Assembly (NCBI GenBank): GCA_963693365.1
Contig: CAVNZM010000008.1
Coordinates: 3,315,572-3,379,571 of the forward strand
From: Amoebidium appalachense
Taxonomy: Eukaryota; Protista; Ichthyosporea
Reading direction: 5' to 3'
DNA: 64,000 nt
A program made the translations under genes and the position numbers. The notes below the pieces were generated by a model. It made no database searches. It was not told the origin of the DNA and worked only from the letters and a program-made list of their open reading frames with translations. Below are positions 40,294 to 64,000 of the stretch, in pieces (position 1 is the first letter of the stretch; every line of letters begins with the position of its first letter).

Positions 40294-40402
40294 TGATAAT
40301 TATTCTCAGGCTGCGCATGCCATTGGTTACATTGACTCTTTTTTTTGTGTGTGTGGCACGGCACACGGGTCCAGAAGCTATTCTGATGGGGGAATCTGGG
40401 AA

Positions 40403-40447
<45 letters not shown>

Positions 40448-40938
40448 CTGCTAGTGTGCATGTATGCGCATACCCGGCGTACACCGGTGCGCAATGCCAT
40501 ATGTGTAGGTGCCGTGTGTGTGCGTGTGTGTGCGTGCTTGAACTTGTAGTGTGTGTGCCAGTATATGAGACAGTGTGTGATTGTGTTGTTGCCTCATAGT
40601 GCTGTTTTGTGAGTTCAATACGGCCTGAGGGGAGAAGCCCCAGCTCAGTTGGTGTGTGTGTTTTAAGATTAGTTTGGTGCGTGCGCGCGTGTCTGTGTGC
40701 AATTGAATTTCAAGTTCAAGTGTGTGATAAAGGTGACGTGCAGGACGCACGTGCACGTGAGTACGGGGGAGGCTTTATTGAAGTAAGAGTCATTTTTGAA
40801 ATAGTAGAGGTGAGAAGCCACATAAATCTAGTACGTGATTAACTGCTATCCATCTATCTGTCCCCTCCTCACCTCTCCCCTCTTCCTTCCCTCTCTCTCC
40901 CCCCCCTGGGCACAAATACAAATAAACCCCGCAAAAGT

Positions 40939-41506
40939 GTGTGTGTGACTTTGGACTGCCACTTACTTATTAAACATGTACACAATCACAAGATAATCAC
41001 GCAATATAACAAATGGAAAAAGATACCACACGACACTAGACCCGATGAAAGCAGACACCTTGAAAAACTAAGCCTTGTGTCTCGTTTTATATATACTGAC
41101 AGCCTCAACCATATTGCCAAATATGGCACTCGCAAATGTGTAACACCTAAATACATATTACCTTCCTGTAGAACTGGTTTTTCCCTAGCTGATGGTATTA
41201 TTGACCAATTACCACGCTTTTACTGTACACGTGCTATACAGTGGAGATCTAATAAGTATAAGGTGGCATCGTTTGCATGCCCAAACAACACACACACACA
41301 CCAGTTTAAACGGTCATGTATCGCCAAATGTAGTTTGGTAGACCACATAATACCGCAACACACACACGTCACATTCACAACAGACACCCAGAAAGATAGC
41401 ATACCTGTAAATTACAACATCCTTGATTTTATACTAAACACGCGAAACTACGACCTGTTTATTAGATGCCATGATTGGCTTGAGAAACACATCACTGCAA
41501 AATTCT

Positions 41507-41578
<72 letters not shown>
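40939..41578 (+). mobile_element. Possible 3' fragment of a non-LTR retroelement ending in (CA)n
   Basis: AT-rich, intronless 189-aa ORF with Cys/His residues whose TAG (41506-41508) runs directly into a ~70-bp (CA)n tract. Confidence 0.4.
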
Positions 41579-41579
<1 letters not shown>

Positions 41580-41610
41580 CCAGCTGATACCGAGTGTCCC
41601 AGGGGAGCCC

Positions 41611-41650
<40 letters not shown>

Positions 41651-42288
41651 GGGGAACCCCAACTAATTGAGTTCTCTTAGTCTTTATGGTGTCTCGTAGA
41701 GAAAGTAAACCCTGATATATAGTCATCACCCGACATCTATGTACGTGATCATGATATACCGCTGAGGGGATATTCCGAGCAAAACCCCCCCCATACCTGA
41801 GACTGGTTTCTCTTTGCCTCGGGTAAACAGCGTAAACCCCATCTATCTATCATTCAATAGCGTAGTACTACACGTAGTAGTAGTGTCAATGCACACACAC
41901 TGGCACATTCCTTCGCTCGCTACCACAATACACACACACGTGCATAAACACACGCACACGCACACACGCACACATACACACACACAGAGAGAGACACAAG
42001 CACACAGGCACACACAAACGCACACACGTGCACCGTGCACACACGTGCCACATGCACGCACACACGCATACACACACACGCACACATACAAGCAATACGC
42101 ACACACACATACACACACACGCACACAACATACACACGTACACAACATACACACGTACACACACGTGCACACACACATACACACACACGCACACAACATA
42201 CACACGTACACACACGCGTACACACACGTGTACCCACACACACACACACACACGCACACGCACACCCACCCACACGCACACACACCCG

Positions 42289-42345
<57 letters not shown>

Positions 42346-42373
42346 GCGCGCGCACACACACACACACACACAA

Positions 42374-42405
<32 letters not shown>

Positions 42406-43232
42406 GATCTACTTCTAAAGAGGGAGAGAGAGAGACACTGTGAGTCTGTGACACACGAAGGTTACAACAGAAGGTCCGGCGAAATCAAAACATATTGCGC
42501 CAATCAGAACTCTATCTGAACTTTTCTGAAGACCTTACCCTCCTCCACTTGGCAACAAGTTGATGCATTTTTAGCCAATGAGATTAGAGAAGTCATCTGG
42601 CCCATTCCAGGCGACGGACGCAGACGGTAACAGAACAGGGCCTGCTCAGGATTATTGTAAGAAAGCCCTCTATTATTTAATAATTATGCCAACAAAGATA
42701 TTTTGAAGTTCGTTGCCTTTACATATACGAGAGAATCATGCTTAGCAGAAACTTACACCGGGCATAATATTTCCGAAAGATGCACAGAAATCACGACATC
42801 CTGTTGCCGTAGGTATAATTGGATGAGGGGGGCAAATTAAGGCCGCAGACTCACCCCAGCAGATCTCCACCCCGCTCACCCCGTGAGCAAAGGGCGCACT
42901 CTCCCGGCGTTTTCAGAGCGCTCGAAGACTACAGCATGCGTGATGAAGGATATAATATAGACTGGGAAGGGAGCAAACATCACAAAACAAAGAGTTACAC
43001 GCACTATTATGTTTATAGACACAAATTTACGCACTGGTTTTGATCTGTTGGGATACGACACAGTTGGACACTTGAATCTGGGACGGAACTTCCAAGACCT
43101 CACAACTCGTGTGAATTACCTTCGTGACTGATTTCTCTCCCTCACGTTTAATGCTTAGAAGATTATATATCATAGATAGAGACACGGAGGAAATAGGCGA
43201 ACCCAGACCACTGTGTGAATCACAGCGTGAAA

Positions 43233-57859
<14,627 letters not shown>

Positions 57860-57999
57860 GTGCCCCATACGCCCTTTTTTGTGCGTTTTTTCTTTTTTTT
57901 TTTCTTTTTCGGTCTTAAAGACAATTGCCATTTTTGTATTGATAACCTGTGTGTGTTTTAAGGTGGGTGAGTGGGGTGGTGGGGGTGGGAAAGGAGAAA

Positions 58000-58034
<35 letters not shown>

Positions 58035-59179
58035 GAGCATGTAAGTGTCATGATGCCTATCTCACGGCCGATAAGCCTTTATGCATACACGCACTCGCGA
58101 GCCCGTGCACCCACACCCACCCACACACACACAAGCACACACGTGTGCGCGCACGCACACAAGCACGCACACAGGCACGCACACACACTGAAGCAATGAC
58201 GTGGCACTATATGCAAACAAGAACCTAAAAGTTGAAGACCATAACTCAGACTAAGAGTACACTGCATATTGGTTGAATGAATCCCGTTCTAGTCACATAA
58301 AACACTCGGACGTAGTTATGCTCGTAGAATGCCTGATTGGAGCACCGTATCGTGACCCTGCCGTTTTATGGCTCCCGTGATTGAGATATTTCAAATTGAG
58401 AAAGTACTGTTAAAAAATGGTGGTTTTTAGGAAACTCTGTGAACATGTGTGTTGAAGGTCTGCTGGCAGACCAGCATAGTATTGTACATTTGTAAATACA
58501 TAAATCGAGGTATAAAAACACAAAAAAAGTAGGAATATATATGAATCTAATAAATAGATTACCCTTGTTTGGGGAAATCGATTTTCATTGCGCGCCTCCG
58601 GACTGTCTGTGGTTATATCCTTTATGTGCTCATGTGCATGCCTGCATGTGTGTGTCAAAGCATGTGTGTGCTAATAACTATGTAGATGTCTGTGAATGTA
58701 TACGATTCAATTGTGGACCCGGCTATGTAAAAGTAATCAACTTTGCAATAGATATATCTGAGGTGTGTGCACTAGTACTCATGATGTGATTGGGGCTGTG
58801 TGTGTGTGCACGCGCACAATGTTACAAGATAAATTGTGTGCACGCGTGCATGTACGTGTGCAATTTACCTCGCCGTGACTCTCTGCAACACTAGGGGTAT
58901 TCACGCACAAAGCAAGTGTAAGTTCTTGAGCTTGTGCTCTTATAGAGATTCTTGTAGTTTGATCAATATTGGGTGGGTGGGTTGGGGGATGGGTTGGGGG
59001 GGGGGGGGGGGTGGGGAGAAGGGAGGGGAAGGGGGGGGGGGGGGGGATTTTGGGGAGGGAGGAAGGGAGGGGGAGGGGGGGGGGGGAGGGGGGTAGAAAA
59101 TAGAATAGCGCCCCCTGCTGTGAGTCCCCCATCCTCACCTGAGAGGCACTTGCAGAGGGTGTGCGCACTTGCTGTGGGA

Positions 59180-59218
<39 letters not shown>

Positions 59219-60468
59219 TTCCCTTCCCCCCCCCCTCCCCCCCGAAAACCCAACCCAACCAAACCCAACCCACGCGGCAGCTCCCTCCTATACACCTAGC
59301 TGTCATCCCTTGCAACACCCAGCAATTTCCGCTTCCTTTTCTTCCGCATTTGAGCGTTTAACTTGGTTGCAGCAGTGTTACTGGGCTGAGCCGGTGTGCA
59401 TGTGCATCTGTGTAGCGGATGTGTGCGTTTGCATTGTTGTCTTTGTGCGTGTGAGGCATGGTCTCTCCAATCATTGTGCAAATTAATGGCGTGTTTGTAT
59501 GTGTGAACGTTTTGTGGTCTGGACAAATGCAAGCGGAATGTGTGGATGACACTTGTGCGCTATTACGGTGCAGTGCAACGTGTCTTTGTGGTGTGTGCCC
59601 GTACGTGTGTGCGTGCACACACACATCACCTTGTGTGTTTCAAGGCTTGGCGATTCGTGTTGTGCGCCAGAGAGAAAGTAGGGGCAGGAGCGGGCGGAGT
59701 GTGTGTCACGGTGTGTGTGTGTGTGTGTGTGCGTGTGTGCGTGTGTGCGCGTGTGCGCGTGTGCGCTTGTGCGCGTGTGCGCGTGTGCGCGTGTGCACGT
59801 GTGCGCGTGTGCGACGCCGTGTGTGTGTGTGTGTGTGTGTGTGCATGTATGTGTGCGTGTGCCCGCGTGTGGGTGCGTGCAACGGTTGTGTGTCTTGTGT
59901 GTGTTGTGTGTGTGTGTGTGTGTGTGTGTGCGTGCGTGCGTGTGTGTTGCATCTTGTGTGTGTTTGTTTGTGCGGGTGGGTGGATGTGTGGGTGGGCGGA
60001 TGGAATGTGATGGGGGGTGGGGCGTGGGTGTGTGGATGGGTGGGGTGGGGGTGGGATGGGGGGGGGTGGTGGTGGGAATGGCGCTTTATATTCTTTCAGG
60101 CGGGAAGACTCGGAGCCCTAAATTAGACCCGGTACGTACATCCTTGCCAACGGTTTTAATTTTTTTTAAAAAAAAACACAATGCAATGCTGCGCTCTCCG
60201 CACTGCTGGATACTATGAGAGACGAGTTCGACCTTTACTTGTGATACATGTCCCTGAGGGTCACCGGAATCACGTCATGATCAAATATGCACTTACAACA
60301 AAAAGATGTACTCTAGGTTCTTGTCCTCTTGAGCACGCAATTGCAAAACGATAAATCTCAGATTTGAGGTATGATACACAAATCAGTGGGCCGTTCAAGA
60401 CTGCGACAGTGTCACGGACATGGATCCCACATTGCAAGAGACATTGCAAGAGACACCGCAACGTGCAT

Positions 60469-60942
60469 TCACACACGCACAAACACACGGTGGGTTTTCA
60501 CTTCCTGCCCGTCCCTGAACAGATGGCCCTCAATATGCATAACATTCTTCTCGTCGTCACCAAAATAGCGCACCTCGCTGTAGTAATACTGCCCGCCCTT
60601 TTCCTTGATGTGCTGCACCATTTTCCCGTCCTCAAACTTGATTGTTTTCACGTGTGTTGCCATGTGGTCATCTGCATAGTACTCAGTGGGTGTTTCCCCA
60701 TCCAAAACGCACTCCAGCTCCTTGCTCACAAACGGTGTTTCCACGCGCTCCTTGATTTTGTTTTCTTTTTCGTCGATGGTGAAAACGTAGGTCACGGTGA
60801 GAGAGGTGAGCATCTTGCGCATAAGGAAGTTTACTCCTGCAAGCTGAAGGTGTGCTACACCGAAGTCACCAACTTCGCCGGACAAAGCACGGTCCATCTG
60901 AAAACGGCCGTTGAAATCTGTGATGGTGGTAGTAGTGGACAT
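60469..60942 (-). CDS. Fatty-acid-binding protein / calycin-family lipid-binding protein (intronless)
   Basis: 157 aa; DFNGRFQMDR N-terminal strand, LQLAGVNFLMRK helix, beta-rich body and terminal RVFVRV. Confidence 0.7.
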   Translation of the reverse strand: MSTTTTITDFNGRFQMDRALSGEVGDFGVAHLQLAGVNFLMRKMLTSLTVTYVFTIDEKENKIKERVETPFVSKELECVLDGETPTEYYADDHMATHVKTIKFEDGKMVQHIKEKGGQYYYSEVRYFGDDEKNVMHIEGHLFRDGQEVKTHRVFVRV

Positions 60943-62249
60943 TTCTCTTTTCCTCTCTTATCCTACGTAGGATTCTAGTGTTCAACTTCGAAAGAGAGGT
61001 TAGCTAATAGGTTTTTAGTTGGCGAGCAATTAATTGCATCATAATCAGTGCAATTACGTGTTCTTCTAGAGTAACTGTCCTGAAGTGGACTGCTCGAATA
61101 AATTTGTTGTGGCCTGCAGATAAAAACAATAACAACACTTGCGTGCACTACAGTACTATGATACACTAGGCTTCCAAAGTAACCCCTTGACTCCTCAGCT
61201 GCAGGCCTCTAGTTGAGAACGGCATGAAGCTTTTGAAAAGTGCCATGCAAACTCACACGGCCTGTAAAACGCGCACTTCTAATTTACACGCGTACGTTTG
61301 CACACGTTAAGCCCCTTAATGCACCTTTTGTACCTCAGGTTCGACCATGTGGGTGTGACTGTTCCACCTGTACTTGACAGGCGTGTGACTCGCACTTGAT
61401 TCCGCATGTACGTCACCACCATCGGTTTATTCATTGGCTGACAAGTTGTCGTGGTCGTGGCGGGGTGGACAAATACATGCAGGCGTCATGCACACGTGCG
61501 CGTGGGCTACACACAAAGACGGCTTATGCCTACGTATACGCAGGTACACGCACGTCTATCCATGCGGATATCTGTCACTTTATGCTGCTTATTACGGGCA
61601 AAACAACATCATGAGTCAAAGTGCATGCGGTCAAGCATTAGCGTGGTGCCAGGGGGGCCAGCCTGAGGGGTGCGGGGGAGCAGGGGGGTGCCCAGCGAGA
61701 TCTGCCCGGCAGACTGTTTTCTTGTGACGCTAGATTCTGCATGATAATTAGCCACTGGTGTCTTGGAAAATAGTTTAGTCAAAAATTATTTGCAAATATG
61801 ATTGGGTCGGAAACAGATTGGGCATCGCAGTGCAAGATCTTGTAGATCTGGGCAAGAGTCGCAGGCAGCCTTAGCCAGCCGCTGATAAAAAATTGGCTTG
61901 TGTTTAATATAGGCCGTCCAGTGTGTTGAGTATGTGACATGGTACATATCATCAATTCTAAAAAGCATTAGTTGGGGTGGAAACTACTTTTTGTTTTGTT
62001 TTTTTGGGGTGTGTTTTTTTACCCAGGGAGGTTAAATTTGGCATCAGCTAGTAGGTGAGCAGGTGTGTGTGTGCGCGCGTGTTTTGCCCGTGCGTGCACA
62101 GCTGTCTGTGCGCGCGCCTGTGTGTGTGTGCGCGCGAGCGCGCGTATGTTTGTGTTCTGTGTGTGTGTGTGTGTGTGTGCACGCGCGCGTGTAGGTGAAG
62201 GGAGGAGGGGATCCGGAGGGGCCGGGGGGAGGGGGGGGGGGGGAGGAGA

Positions 62250-62280
<31 letters not shown>

Positions 62281-62480
62281 AGGGGGAGCTCGAGGGGGGA
62301 ACGGGGGGAGGGGCCCGGGGAGCAGCCGTGTCGATAGAACTCGACTTGCTCCGAGCAGAATTATTATCCAAAAAAAAGCGTACAAAATTTAAAGCAAAAA
62401 GCGTAGTATTAATCTGCTAGAAGCACTGATTGCACCTTTAGCACCTTAAGCTATAATTAAACTAGGATGCAGCAGTCGCA

Positions 62481-63141
62481 TACTCTTTGGAAGACGGTAA
62501 TACTATGAGGGCCCCCTGGAGGGGTCCCTCCGGTAACAATGGGATTATTTATAAAAAAAAAAAAATAATAATAAATAAAATAAAAAAAAACTGCTCAAAG
62601 CGGAATTATCAGTACTCAGCAACTATTTTCCCAATATATATGCTCGCCGTGGCCGGGGTACAGTAGTAACCCTGGGCAAAGTGTGTACTTAGAGTTAGGA
62701 TTGTGAATGAATGATGGGTTTAGCTTCGCTGAGCACATAGATAGCAACCTATGTAACTGGTGTACTGTCGGTGCTGTTTGGTAGACGGTAGTTTCCCTAG
62801 AGGCCCTGCAGAGGTCCTCCGGGAACAAAACGTTAAAAAAATAAAAATAAAAAAATAAAAAATAAAAAAAAGAACCAAATCCAGATATTCTGCTTGGAGC
62901 AAGTTTATACTGCTGCCGTGAGTAGAATAGTCCTGTTTTTTGTACGGAATGATCATATTACAGCAGAATAGGCACAAATGGAATATATCACCTGTTCAAG
63001 GCAAAACTTCTGCTCCTGTACAATAACTCTGCTTTTGGCTGAATACTTCTCTTGTTTGCAGAATAATTCTGCTCAGAGCATAACTGTTGTTTCTGCCGAT
63101 GTGGTTGGACCCTTGGGGGGGGGGGAGGGGGGGGGGGGGAA

Positions 63142-63186
<45 letters not shown>

Positions 63187-63848
63187 GACACAAAGCCTGG
63201 GGCTTCGTAGGAGCTCTAAATAATCAAGGATTACTCAAAACTTCACCCTGAATCGACTGCCACACAATATGTATTTCGTGGCTGAGGTGAATACCCTGGG
63301 CAAAGTGTGTGCAAATAGTTAGGATTGTTTAAAGGTGTGTTAGCTTAGCTAATAATACCGGAGCACCATAGCTAGAGTACAACACTGTCAGTGCTGGGTG
63401 GAAGACTGTAGTTCCCCCTGAGGGCCCAAGAGGTCCCTCCGGGAACAAAACGGGATAAAAAAAAAACAAAAAAAAACATGTATTTCATCCATGTGTGCTG
63501 CAGGATCTTTCCCCGGGCCTCCCCCCCCCCCCCCCCCCCTCCCCCCCCCCCCCCCAAAAACCCCCCTCCTCCAACTCCCGTGCTCTTCCTACAAATGATC
63601 AAACAACTATCGTAGACATCCACCGTCCCCTCCCTCCTCCCCCCCTTTCCTCCTGTTAGACAAGCTGGAGCGAATCCCCGGGGCTATGCACGTACTGTCT
63701 CGTTGTTTTTCGGGTAACAGTTACGTAATTTCGGTGCCCCAATCGTAAAATTGTACTGTATCAATAAACATACGCCAAGTGGTCTGTGGGTTACAATCTG
63801 TGCATTACTGGAAGACAGTAACTATCCTCCGGTGGCAAAATGGGGGTA
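62481..63848 (+). repeat. Cluster of related interspersed repeats, three with A-rich tails
   Basis: ~62671-62832 and ~63296-63452 are homologous (CTGGGCAAAGTGTGT...AGTTAGGATTGT...GAGGTCC..CCGGGAACAAAACG then A-rich); shorter relatives at 62481-62547 and 63806-63848. Confidence 0.65.
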
Positions 63849-64000
63849 CATAGAAGTTAATGGATCTCATCATCCCCCCATCCCTCCACCACCCCACGGC
63901 CACTCACGATTTTTGTAACCCCCTAGGCCTCCTCCCCTTCCCGACCCCCCGGCCATACTTACACACCCAAACACGAAGCCATAGTAAGGAAAAGGAAAGC

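Overview
Eukaryotic genomic window with two very different halves. (1) 1 to ~21.6 kb is an intron-free, gene-dense endogenous Polinton-like/Maverick-type dsDNA virus whose left end lies outside the window. It carries a protein-primed PolB (frameshifted), a poxvirus/NCLDV-type VLTF3 late transcription factor, a small Zn-finger resembling the VLTF2 core, a Pro/Lys-rich repeat protein, a double-jelly-roll major capsid protein (MCP), an A32/FtsK packaging ATPase, a minor capsid protein and two paralogous fibre genes. The MCP gene is split by a young 7,853-bp Ty3/gypsy chromovirus (777-bp LTRs identical by eye, ACAGG target duplication). Its gag and pol are in one frame, separated only by a UGA-CGG readthrough-type stop. 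(2) ~21.6 to 64 kb is host DNA with GT-AG introns full of (CA)n, (GA)n and poly-C/G tracts. It holds a CAP/SCP-FN3-Cys-rich gene and its decayed tandem copy, a 16-exon POMGNT1-like GT13 glycosyltransferase, an intronless FABP-like gene, MITEs, and a family of 5'-truncated, structured repeats that always end in poly-C. CGC/GCG trinucleotides are strongly depleted in the viral DNA, which hints at an Amoebidium-like holozoan host (inference only). All gene models were built by hand; no searches were run.
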